Shown one piece after another: positions 9,900 through 17,783 of a stretch of 64,000 bases of DNA; the stretch's first letter is position 1, and every line of letters starts with the position of its first letter. Under the pieces are notes generated by a model. That model searched no databases and was not told the origin of the DNA. It saw nothing but the letters and a program-made list of their open reading frames with translations. The position numbers and the translations under genes are program-made. Source of the stretch: Vulcanimicrobiales bacterium (GTDB lineage Bacteria > Vulcanimicrobiota > Vulcanimicrobiia > Vulcanimicrobiales > Vulcanimicrobiaceae). Location of the stretch: contig JBBQQR010000001.1 of assembly GCA_038215615.1 (NCBI GenBank), positions 32,001 to 96,000 of the forward strand. The letters are read 5' to 3'.

Positions 9900-10689
9900 G
9901 CGTGGCGCTCTCCAGAGTTATCCTGCCGAACTTGCCGTCGTTGAAGTCTTTCACGTACGACCGCGCGGCGTTATGGTAATCGCTCTCTCCGCCGCGCCGC
10001 ACGAATCCTCGCGCTAGCGCGAACGCCGGGAGGTCGGGCACCTTCGTCCGGCCGCCGCTCTTTTCCGTCAGCCAGCGGTGAAAACGATCTGCCACATCCT
10101 CGGGGTCGTAATGATCGCGCGGCACCGCGCCCACCAAAGCGAGTTTCCACTGGGCATCCGCGGAGGCGATGCGGGGGACCAGGATGCCGGGCGTATCCAT
10201 CACTTCGAGCTCGGTGCCGACTTTGAACCATTGCAGCTGGCGCGTCACCCCGGCCCGGTCCTCGGTGCGGGCGACCGAGCGGCCGGCCAGCCCGTTGATG
10301 ATCGAAGACTTTCCGGAGTTGGGAACTCCGACAACCATCGCACGCGCAGGACGGTGCCCGCCGCCCACGAGGGCGCGCAGGCGGCGTTTGACTTCGACGA
10401 ACGCGCCCTGCGTTCGCGCATTGACGCTGATGCTTTGCGGCCCGAGCACTTGGAGCCAGCGCACCGTCTCGGAACGCTCGGCCAAGTCGTCGCGGCTGAG
10501 GATCTTCAGCCGGCGTTTGTTGGCCGCGACCTCGTCGAGCATCGGGTTGAATCCGCTCTCCGGCACGCGCGCATCGGCGACCTCAATAACCACGTCCACG
10601 AGTTTGATATAGTCGGCCATCTTGCGCATCGCGGCGACCATGTGGCCGGGATACCACTGGATGACTTGCTCGAAGCCGGCGTCTTTCAT
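9880..10689 (-). CDS. rbgA: Ribosome biogenesis GTPase RbgA/YlqF
   Basis: IQWYPGHM, DARVP, GVPNSGKSS, GVTR, DTPG, GKFGRITLE. Confidence 0.95.
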   Translation of the reverse strand: MKDAGFEQVIQWYPGHMVAAMRKMADYIKLVDVVIEVADARVPESGFNPMLDEVAANKRRLKILSRDDLAERSETVRWLQVLGPQSISVNARTQGAFVEVKRRLRALVGGGHRPARAMVVGVPNSGKSSIINGLAGRSVARTEDRAGVTRQLQWFKVGTELEVMDTPGILVPRIASADAQWKLALVGAVPRDHYDPEDVADRFHRWLTEKSGGRTKVPDLPAFALARGFVRRGGESDYHNAARSYVKDFNDGKFGRITLESATRDVETP

Positions 10690-10693
10690 GCGA

Positions 10694-11203
10694 TCAAAAC
10701 GTGCCGAGCGCGGCCGGCGGCCAAATGCCGGCGACGGCTTTGCCTAGCACTTGATCTTGTGCGACGAAACCCCAATACCGCGAGTCGTTGCTGTCGACGC
10801 GGTTGTCCCCCAAGACGTAGAGCGAGCCTGCGGGGACGGCGACCTCGGGAAAGCTCCGGCTGTCGGCAAACCGGACGTAGGGTTCGGATAGTGCGGATCC
10901 GTTGACGATCACTCTGCCGCGATCGATCGCGACCTTGTCGCCGGCCAAACCGATGATGCGTTTGATGAAGACTTCGGGCGCCGGCGATTCGTGACGGAAC
11001 GCGATGATGTCGCCGCGCTGCGGCGCGTGCAGGCGATATGAGATGGTGTTAATGAGAACGAATTCGCCGCTGGCGATCCGCGGTGCCATCGAAAGCCCGG
11101 AAACTTCGGGCGTTCGGATGAAAAAAGCCATCGCGAGCGCGGCCAATGCGGCGAGTTGCAGCGTCGTCCGTGCGACGGACCGCCAATGCAGTTGCCCTTG
11201 CAC
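10694..11203 (-). CDS. lepB: Signal peptidase I (third, short paralog)
   Basis: SGLSMAP (catalytic Ser), FIKRIIGLAGD (Lys), GDNRVDSNDSR. Confidence 0.93.
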   Translation of the reverse strand: MQGQLHWRSVARTTLQLAALAALAMAFFIRTPEVSGLSMAPRIASGEFVLINTISYRLHAPQRGDIIAFRHESPAPEVFIKRIIGLAGDKVAIDRGRVIVNGSALSEPYVRFADSRSFPEVAVPAGSLYVLGDNRVDSNDSRYWGFVAQDQVLGKAVAGIWPPAALGTF

Positions 11204-11240
11204 GGATCGACTTCTTCGCCGCTGGGGCGGCGAATCCTAA

Positions 11241-11993
11241 CTACAGTATGTGCGCGTGGCTGAAAGGCCAGAAGATCAGAAATGCCCGGCCGGTGAAATA
11301 TGCGGGCTTGCCCAGCTCCGGTCCGCTTTCGAATGTGCCCGCGAACTGCGCGAAACCCCAGACGTGTGAATCTTCGGAATCATTGCGGTTATCGCCCATC
11401 ATGAAATAGCAATCTTTGGGAATGCGATCGGGCGCGGTCCAGTATTGCCGCGGCGGCACGTTGGCGTTATGCGGGTCGAGCCTGTCATAACTCTTCGGGT
11501 CGCCGAGCTGGGTCACGTAGATGCCGTAGTTCCGGATCTGCAGATTATAGGCGGGTCGCTGTGCGATGTAGGGCTCGACGAGCGCCTTGCCGTTGAGGTA
11601 GACGATGCCATCTTTGATGGCGAGCCGGTCGCCCGGTCTTCCGATCACCCGCTTGATGAAGTCGTCGGTCGTGGGAATGGGTGGTGGAAAGACGACGATG
11701 TCGCCTTCGCTTGGATGCACGAAACGGTATTGAAACTTGTTGACTAGCAGCACGTCGCCGATTTGCAGCGTCGGCACCATCGAAGCCGACGGTATGTAAT
11801 AGGTGCGTGCCACGAATGTGATCAAGAGGAACGCCGCTAAGCCGGCCACTATGAACGGGTCGAGATACTCGCGCGCGAAAACGGCCGACTTGCCGCGCGA
11901 GCCCGCGGCGACGGGGCGCAGACTCAGAATAATTCGCGCAACCAGAAAAATTGCGACCAGGATAAGCAGTTGGACCGGAGTCACCGCGATCAA
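11241..11993 (-). CDS. lepB: Signal peptidase I (second paralog)
   Basis: IPSASMVPTL, FIKRVIGRPGD, GDNRNDSEDSH. Confidence 0.95.
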   Translation of the reverse strand: MIAVTPVQLLILVAIFLVARIILSLRPVAAGSRGKSAVFAREYLDPFIVAGLAAFLLITFVARTYYIPSASMVPTLQIGDVLLVNKFQYRFVHPSEGDIVVFPPPIPTTDDFIKRVIGRPGDRLAIKDGIVYLNGKALVEPYIAQRPAYNLQIRNYGIYVTQLGDPKSYDRLDPHNANVPPRQYWTAPDRIPKDCYFMMGDNRNDSEDSHVWGFAQFAGTFESGPELGKPAYFTGRAFLIFWPFSHAHIL

Positions 11994-12002
11994 TCCCGGC
12001 TG

Positions 12003-12734
12003 CTAGTGCAGGACTCGCAGCCGGTTAAGCGGCCACAAGAGCAAGAAAGCGCGGCCCGTGAATTGCGCTTTGGCGTGTGTTTGCGCGAGCGGCCCGGCGG
12101 CAAATGTACCGCGAAGTTGCGCGAAACCCCAGATATGCGAATCGTCTGAATCGTTACGGTTGTCTCCCATCACGAAATAGTAGCCGGCCGGAACGCGGTC
12201 GGAAGCTTGCCAGAACGAGCGCGGCGGAACATCGGCTTGGGCTGGGTTGAGCCGCTGCGGACCGTTGCCGGTGTCGACCGTGATTCCATACCCTGCAACC
12301 CGCAGCTGGTACGATGGCGCTTCCGAAATATACGGTTCGGCGAGTGGTTTGCCGTTCACGTAGACGACGCCGCCGCTAACGCGCAGCGTGTCACCGGGCA
12401 CGGCGACGACTCGTTTGATAAAATCGGTTGGCGAGGCTATCGGCGGTTTGAAGACGACGATGTCTCCCCGCGCCGGCCCGTGCACGCGGTATTCGAATTC
12501 GTTCACAAGCAGTACGTCGTTTTGCCGAAGCGTCGGAACCATGGAGTCAGACGGAATGTAAAACGTCCGGATGACGAACGTGATCAAAAAGAGCGACGCC
12601 AGGCCGGCGACGATAAACGCGTCGATGTATTCGCGAACCGCGATCTTGGCGCTGTCGGTTTTGAAACTGAGCGCAACGCGCGCGACGGCAAAAACGCAAA
12701 TCAGCCCCAACAGCTGGAGCGGGGAGAGGGCCAG
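12003..12734 (-). CDS. lepB: Signal peptidase I (first paralog)
   Basis: IPSDSMVPTL, FIKRVVAVPGD, GDNRNDSDDSH; probable CTG start 1 nt after the rplS stop (ORF track start 12821 lies inside rplS). Confidence 0.93.
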   Translation of the reverse strand: MALSPLQLLGLICVFAVARVALSFKTDSAKIAVREYIDAFIVAGLASLFLITFVIRTFYIPSDSMVPTLRQNDVLLVNEFEYRVHGPARGDIVVFKPPIASPTDFIKRVVAVPGDTLRVSGGVVYVNGKPLAEPYISEAPSYQLRVAGYGITVDTGNGPQRLNPAQADVPPRSFWQASDRVPAGYYFVMGDNRNDSDDSHIWGFAQLRGTFAAGPLAQTHAKAQFTGRAFLLLWPLNRLRVLH

Positions 12735-12735
12735 A

Positions 12736-13086
12736 TTAGCGGGCAGCTTTCTTCTCTTTGATGCGCGCGGCTTTGCCGACTTTTTCGGTGAGGTAGTAGA
12801 GGCGGCTGCGGCGGACCGCACCGCGCTTGCTGACCTCTATCCGCTCGACGCGGGGACTGTGCAGCAAGAACGACTTTTCAACGCCGACGCCGTGTGCGAC
12901 GCGGCGGACGGTGATCGACTCTTGTGCGCCGCCGCCCTTGCGAACCGTCACGACTCCTTCGAACATCTGCGTGCGCTCTTTGCCGCCTTCGATGACCTTC
13001 GAATAGACTTTCACGGTGTCGCCGGGCCGAAAATCCGGCACGTTTTCTTTACGCTGCTCTTGATTGAGGAGATCGATGACGTTCAT
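12736..13086 (-). CDS. rplS: 50S ribosomal protein L19
   Basis: [43 protein letters not shown]. Confidence 0.99.
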   Translation of the reverse strand: MNVIDLLNQEQRKENVPDFRPGDTVKVYSKVIEGGKERTQMFEGVVTVRKGGGAQESITVRRVAHGVGVEKSFLLHSPRVERIEVSKRGAVRRSRLYYLTEKVGKAARIKEKKAAR

Positions 13087-13095
13087 GGCTTGGGG

Positions 13096-13104
13096 ATTTT
13101 ATCA
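13096..13104 (-). promoter_or_regulatory. Extended -10 promoter (TGATAAAAT) for rplS, overlapping the trmD stop codon
   Basis: TGnTAAAAT ends 9 nt before the rplS ATG; no SD in between. Confidence 0.55.
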
Positions 13105-13809
13105 CGGGCGCTCGTCGTTCCGCAATGACGGGCCGTCGAGGTCGGGACGCTTGGCCCGCGTCCGCTCCCTGGATGCCTCACGCCGCCAGCGCGCGATGGC
13201 GGCATGATTGCCGGAGAGGAGCACCTCGGGGACGTGGACGCCCCTGAAGACCGGCGGACGAGTGTAGCTCGGGTAGTCCAGGCCGCCCGCGCCAAAGGAC
13301 TCGCTCTCGAGGGAGGCGGCCGTCAGCGTGCCGTCCAGCAGCCGGACGGTCGCATCAATCATCGCCAGCGCGGGCAGCTCGCCTCCAGTGACCACGAAGT
13401 CACCCAGCGAGTATTCTTCTATCGGATAGAGCGCCCCAAGCCGGTCGTCGATTCCCTCATAGTGACCGCAGAGAAAGACCACCCGGTCTTGCGCGGCAAA
13501 GCGCTGCGCTTGTGCTTGCGTGAACGGCTTGCCGCCCGGAGCCGGGACGGCCAGGATGCGGTGTTCGCCGGGCGGAGCGGCGGCAGCGATCGAATCGAGA
13601 ATGCGCGCAAGCGGTTCGAGGCGCATGACCATGCCCGGTCCGCCGCCGTAGGGCTCGTCATCGGCGCGCTCGTTGCTCTGCAGTGCGTCGAGCACATGAT
13701 GGTAACGAATATCGACGACGCCCGCTTCCACGGCGCGACCGACGATCGATAGGCCGACGAAGGGAGCGAAGACCTCCGGGAAGAGCGTCAGCACGTCGAT
13801 CGTGAACAT
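13102..13809 (-). CDS. trmD: tRNA (guanine-37-N1)-methyltransferase
   Basis: IDVLTLFPE, DDEPYGGGPGMVM, CGHYEGIDDR, SLGDFVVTGGE, YPSYTRP, VPEVLLSGNHA. Confidence 0.98.
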   Translation of the reverse strand: MFTIDVLTLFPEVFAPFVGLSIVGRAVEAGVVDIRYHHVLDALQSNERADDEPYGGGPGMVMRLEPLARILDSIAAAAPPGEHRILAVPAPGGKPFTQAQAQRFAAQDRVVFLCGHYEGIDDRLGALYPIEEYSLGDFVVTGGELPALAMIDATVRLLDGTLTAASLESESFGAGGLDYPSYTRPPVFRGVHVPEVLLSGNHAAIARWRREASRERTRAKRPDLDGPSLRNDERP

Positions 13810-13816
13810 AGGCCGA

Positions 13817-14272
13817 GTGTTCAACCTCGAACGCTTCCTCGCTCCTTGGCGTCGAAAACCGCTAACGCCCTACGAGCTGGCCTTGCGCGATCTGGCGCGC
13901 GGACAGTACGCGCAAGCGTTGCAGCGTCTGGATGCCCTATTAGAAGATGAAACGCTAGCGCCGAAAGACCGGGCCGCTCGCCTGAACAAGCGCGGCGTCG
14001 CGCTGGTGAGTTTGCACCGGCGCGACGAAGCGCGTCTTGCGTTCGAGGATGCGCTGGCAGCCGTGCCTGGGTTTGCACCGGCGCTTGTGAACATCGGTAA
14101 CTTATATTTGGAATCGGGGGAACTCGAACCGGCGGTGGCTCGATACCAGGATGCGATCGCCGCCGACGATCGTTACGGGCCCGCGCACCACAACCTGGCC
14201 GTAGCCTATAAGCGCCTGGGCCGCACGGCGGATTCCGTCCGCGAATTGCGCCGCGCCGGAAAGCTCACGTAG
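13817..14272 (+). CDS. Tetratricopeptide-repeat protein
   Basis: Repeated TPR patterns (LNKRGVAL, ALVNIGNLY, AHHNLAVAY); GTG start at 13817 inferred. Confidence 0.8.
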   Translation: MFNLERFLAPWRRKPLTPYELALRDLARGQYAQALQRLDALLEDETLAPKDRAARLNKRGVALVSLHRRDEARLAFEDALAAVPGFAPALVNIGNLYLESGELEPAVARYQDAIAADDRYGPAHHNLAVAYKRLGRTADSVRELRRAGKLT

Positions 14273-14284
14273 GCCTGCGGCCAG

Positions 14285-14752
14285 CTATTTCACTAAATCC
14301 GTATTGGTGATCTCTTCTAAGTATTCGAAGAGCTGCGGAAGCGTGATCTTCTCGAGCGCGGTCCGGTGCACGTCGCCGTCGCCCTCTTCACCCTCATCGC
14401 GCAAATAACAGCGGGATTCTACGCCGCCGTCGCTTTCGCTGATGAACGAAACCGCGAAGCCCTTGCCTGGCATCTCGTCATAGATGCGCATCGTCGCGGG
14501 GTTCAGGATTTCGATCGAGTGCGTTGCGTTATGCGCGTCAAAAATCGTAATCGTCAAATAATCACGATTCACGATCTCGATGGAGCCGACGACGAAGACG
14601 TTCTTGGCAGAGAAAAACTCGTGCCCCCGCTTGTTGCGGCTGGAGACTTCGTAGAAGACCCGGTGCGCGACAAACTTATTGAGAATCTTGCGCAACGTCG
14701 AAAGGGAGGCGAGAGTCTCCGTCCGGTTGCCCCGCGTATAGATGATCTTCAC
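14285..14752 (-). CDS. Hypothetical cytoplasmic protein (155 aa)
   Basis: Protein-like composition, fills the gap between convergent/divergent genes; no family recognised. Confidence 0.75.
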   Translation of the reverse strand: MKIIYTRGNRTETLASLSTLRKILNKFVAHRVFYEVSSRNKRGHEFFSAKNVFVVGSIEIVNRDYLTITIFDAHNATHSIEILNPATMRIYDEMPGKGFAVSFISESDGGVESRCYLRDEGEEGDGDVHRTALEKITLPQLFEYLEEITNTDLVK

Positions 14753-14805
14753 GGGACGCGCAACCTTGCACAGGGTCGCGGGGCAACCCTCTCAAAAGTG
14801 CGGGA

Positions 14806-15078
14806 GTGCTCTCCATACCCGACATGGCGATCCTCGGTGTGCTCGCGCTGCTTGTTTTCGGCGAGAAGAAGCTGCCCGGCGTCATGCGTCAAGCCGGAAA
14901 AATGATGCGCGACGTGCAGAACACCTCGCAATCGTTCTTGCGGGAAATGGATCGCGCCGCGGATGTAAGCGAACCCGCTCCGCCTATCGACGCACCCCCG
15001 GCTGCCGAACTGCCGTTTGAGCCGGCCTTGCCGATCGAGCCCGAGGCCGGTCGAGCCGAAAAAGACGCCGGGACCTAG
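14806..15078 (+). CDS. tatA: Twin-arginine translocase TatA/TatB family subunit
   Basis: LALLVFGEKKLPGVMRQAGKMMR: TM-FG-amphipathic helix. Confidence 0.85.
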   Translation: MLSIPDMAILGVLALLVFGEKKLPGVMRQAGKMMRDVQNTSQSFLREMDRAADVSEPAPPIDAPPAAELPFEPALPIEPEAGRAEKDAGT

Positions 15079-15320
15079 ACGTTAAAGTTGCGGCGGATCT
15101 CGCCGATGCGTTCCTGCAGCAGCTGCTTGGCCTGCGATTGCAGGCGGCCTTTTTGATCTTCGGGCAGACGCTGAAATACCAGATAGCCGGCAGCCGCGGC
15201 CAAACCCCCCAGCACGCCGACGAGCAAAGCTTTGCCGGCTTCGTTCGATGTGTCGTTGCCGGGGCGATCGTCGGCGGGCCATTGCTGCTCCGCCGGCGGC
15301 GTGCGATAAGTCTCTGTCAT
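15075..15320 (-). CDS. Small single-TM hypothetical protein (YtxH-like architecture)
   Basis: AGGAG SD; GKALLVGVLGGLAAAAGYLV helix followed by a charged helix. Confidence 0.7.
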   Translation of the reverse strand: MTETYRTPPAEQQWPADDRPGNDTSNEAGKALLVGVLGGLAAAAGYLVFQRLPEDQKGRLQSQAKQLLQERIGEIRRNFNV

Positions 15321-15379
15321 GAAATTCTCCTAATGAAGCATTCGCGGCGGAAGCCTGTCTCTCACTCTTACCCGAGAAG

Positions 15380-15715
15380 TTAGGCTTCTGTTTCCTCGTG
15401 GCACGTGACGTGGCGCGGATACTGCGCGGCGATTTGGACGATCGCCAGCCGGGCCGTCTCTACGATGGCCTGCACGCGCTCGTCCTCCCGGCAGCTGCTC
15501 GGCCAGCGAAGCGAAAGCGTTCCCGAACTTTGGGTCGCGTCGAGGGGCACCTTGACGTGCTGCTCTAAGCCCAGGCGCGCGGCTTGCAAGATCCCCGAAA
15601 CGGCGGCGCAGACGAGCGAAAATTCATCCGAACTGGTTTCGGGCAGTTCGACGTGACCTTCGGCAAAAACAGAAGACAGCCGGTGACGGCTGTCCTTGCG
15701 AAACGTGACGTTCAT
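15380..15715 (-). CDS. prp: Ribosomal-processing cysteine protease Prp (YsxB)
   Basis: GH...LVCAAVS His/Cys motif, C-terminal IAAQYPRHV, directly downstream of rplU. Confidence 0.88.
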   Translation of the reverse strand: MNVTFRKDSRHRLSSVFAEGHVELPETSSDEFSLVCAAVSGILQAARLGLEQHVKVPLDATQSSGTLSLRWPSSCREDERVQAIVETARLAIVQIAAQYPRHVTCHEETEA

Positions 15716-15728
15716 CACCGTGGAGCCC

Positions 15729-16046
15729 TTAAGGCAGCTCGATCTTCGTGATCTGAATCTCGGCAAAAGGCTGGCGGTGGCCGTTGAGCGTGCGGACGCG
15801 CTTTTTGGACTTGTATCTGAAGACCAGAATCTTGCGGTCTTTATCCTGACGAAGCACTTTGCCGGTGACCGAAGCGCCCTTCACGAGCGGCGACCCAAGC
15901 GTGATTTTTTCGCCGCCCTTGCTTGCCAGCACGATACGATCGAAGGTCACGTTCTTGCCGACTTCGCTTTCGAGCAGATCGCAGCGGATGACGTCGCCCT
16001 CGGCGACCTTATACTGCTTGCCGCCCGTCTCGATAATCGCGTACAT
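15729..16046 (-). CDS. rplU: 50S ribosomal protein L21
   Basis: MYAIIETGGKQYKVAEGD, GHRQP. Confidence 0.99.
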   Translation of the reverse strand: MYAIIETGGKQYKVAEGDVIRCDLLESEVGKNVTFDRIVLASKGGEKITLGSPLVKGASVTGKVLRQDKDRKILVFRYKSKKRVRTLNGHRQPFAEIQITKIELP

Positions 16047-16055
16047 AACTTTGGA

Positions 16056-16084
16056 ACATTAGCATCCGCCCCGAGCCCTGTCAA
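16056..16084 (-). promoter_or_regulatory. Sigma70-type promoter of rplU
   Basis: TTGACA-17 nt-TAATGT, ending 9 nt upstream of the ATG. Confidence 0.75.
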
Positions 16085-16115
16085 CGCGCGGACGCCGTCT
16101 CGGGCCGGCCGCCGC

Positions 16116-16170
16116 TTGACGGCCCACGTAACCGGTGTTATATTTGACAGAGAAGTCTGTAAAACAGATT
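16116..16170 (+). promoter_or_regulatory. Sigma70 promoter plus palindromic operator for the 16191-19262 operon
   Basis: TTGACG-17 nt-TATATT; TCTGT-AAA-ACAGA palindrome at 16156-16168 just downstream of the inferred start site. Confidence 0.65.
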
Positions 16171-16190
16171 TATCTAGAACGGAGACTGCT

Positions 16191-16766
16191 ATGGAATCCC
16201 TCAGCCCGGCCCAGGTCCGGGACCACATCGAAATGGTCGACCGCATCCTGACCCGCTCGGAGCGTTCGCTGCGCGTCGGAGGCGAGTTCTTTCTGGTTTG
16301 GGGCCTCGTTGGGACAATCGTAACGCTGGCCTTCCAGCTTATCATCGATGGGCATATTCCGAGCCGGGCGCTGTGGGCGCTGCCATTGTTTTTTGCCGCT
16401 GCGATCGCGTTCAGCATGCTGCGCGGGCGCCAGCTTGGCAAAAGCTCCGAGGGCTTGCCACTCATTCAACGCGAGTTTTTCGCCGTGCTGTGGATCTCGC
16501 TCGGCGTAGCCTTCTTTGCCGACGCTTTCGGGTACCGCATCTTTTCAACGTGGGCCAGTTCCGCAGTGTGGAATATCGCCGCGGCGATCGTGCTGCTCTT
16601 TATCGCCGTGCACGGCAACCGTCGTGCGCTCGTTTGCGGCATCATCGTACTCGTCTCGGTGGCCGTTGCGAACTTTCTGCCCGCGATTACCGGCTACGTG
16701 CTGGCGGGGGGACTGCTCTTCGGATACGCCGGCTTCGGCCTCGTCAGTTTGACGTCGCGCGATTGA
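16191..16766 (+). CDS. Integral membrane protein (~6 TM)
   Basis: GGAG SD and ATG at 16191; multiple hydrophobic helices; precedes a winged-helix regulator. Confidence 0.8.
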   Translation: MESLSPAQVRDHIEMVDRILTRSERSLRVGGEFFLVWGLVGTIVTLAFQLIIDGHIPSRALWALPLFFAAAIAFSMLRGRQLGKSSEGLPLIQREFFAVLWISLGVAFFADAFGYRIFSTWASSAVWNIAAAIVLLFIAVHGNRRALVCGIIVLVSVAVANFLPAITGYVLAGGLLFGYAGFGLVSLTSRD

Positions 16767-16767
16767 T

Positions 16768-17052
16768 GTGAACGATCTCTTGCTTTCGAGGATTCGCTTG
16801 GGCGTGATCGCGGAGCTGCTTAACGTGGAGTGGGTTGCGTTCAGCGATCTCCAGCAGGCGACACAAACGACCAACGGCAACTTGGGCGCGCACTTGGGCA
16901 AACTCGCCGATGCGGGCTACGTTGCCGAAGAAAAAGTATTTGTCGCGCGCCGCCCTCAGACGCGTTACCGGTTGACGAAGACGGGCCGCGCCGCATTTGT
17001 AGAGCACGTTCGCGACATGCAGCGTATACTCGAGAAAGAGAGCGTATCGTGA
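16768..17052 (+). CDS. Winged-helix transcriptional regulator (HTH_34/MarR-like)
   Basis: RIRLGVIAELL...FSDLQ...TNGNLGAHLGKLADAGYV...RRPQTRYRLTKTGRAAF. Confidence 0.9.
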   Translation: MNDLLLSRIRLGVIAELLNVEWVAFSDLQQATQTTNGNLGAHLGKLADAGYVAEEKVFVARRPQTRYRLTKTGRAAFVEHVRDMQRILEKESVS

Positions 17053-17765
17053 CGTCGCCATGGTGGTATCGGGGCCGTACGTGGGTCTTCGCGCTGATTT
17101 TCTTTGCCGGATTCTTCATTGGCGGATTTGCGTCGGGCATATTGCACCACGCCTACATTCCGGCGTATCGCGAATTGGGTCGCTCCTTCGGCCCCAACGG
17201 CCCGGTGTGGGCGCTCGCGGCTGCGGCGGCCTGCGCCACGCTATGCTTCGCCCTGCGCGTGTGGGGCTCGAGCTACTTGCGCGCGGGAATCGTTTGGAAT
17301 CCGCAAGCGCGCACGGATTCGCTGCTCGTGGCCGGACCATTTCGTTACGTTCGCAATCCGCTTTATTTAGGAAACACTTTTTTGGCAATCGGGGTCGGAC
17401 TGATGGCGCCCGTGGCCGGGTTTCCGATCATCGTCATCGGAAACGTGCTGTTCGTGCTTGCGCTCGCAAAGCATGAAGAGGTTATGCTCGAGGCCGGTTA
17501 CGGCGAGCGCTTCCGCGCATACGCGGCGCAGGTGCCGTCATTCGTGCCGCGCCTGTTTCCGGTCGCGGCGCAAGGCGACGTCCACCCATCGCTCGTCGAC
17601 GGTTTGCTTTCGGAAGTTTTTGTCGCCGCCCTGATCGTGGGCATTATTCTCGCTCTTATCGACCGGCAGCACGGGGGGATCGATTTCTTCGTCCTCTACG
17701 CCGCCGGCATTATCGCGCAGCGGCTCATCGCTCGCGCCCAGCTGCAGGCGAGATCTTCGCCCTAA
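17049..17765 (+). CDS. Isoprenylcysteine carboxylmethyltransferase/PEMT-family membrane methyltransferase
   Basis: LLVAGPFRYVRNPLYLG, HEEVMLEAGYGERFRAYAAQVPSFVP; GTGA overlap. Confidence 0.88.
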   Translation: MTSPWWYRGRTWVFALIFFAGFFIGGFASGILHHAYIPAYRELGRSFGPNGPVWALAAAAACATLCFALRVWGSSYLRAGIVWNPQARTDSLLVAGPFRYVRNPLYLGNTFLAIGVGLMAPVAGFPIIVIGNVLFVLALAKHEEVMLEAGYGERFRAYAAQVPSFVPRLFPVAAQGDVHPSLVDGLLSEVFVAALIVGIILALIDRQHGGIDFFVLYAAGIIAQRLIARAQLQARSSP

Positions 17766-17783
17766 GGCAAATAGCGAAGCGCG

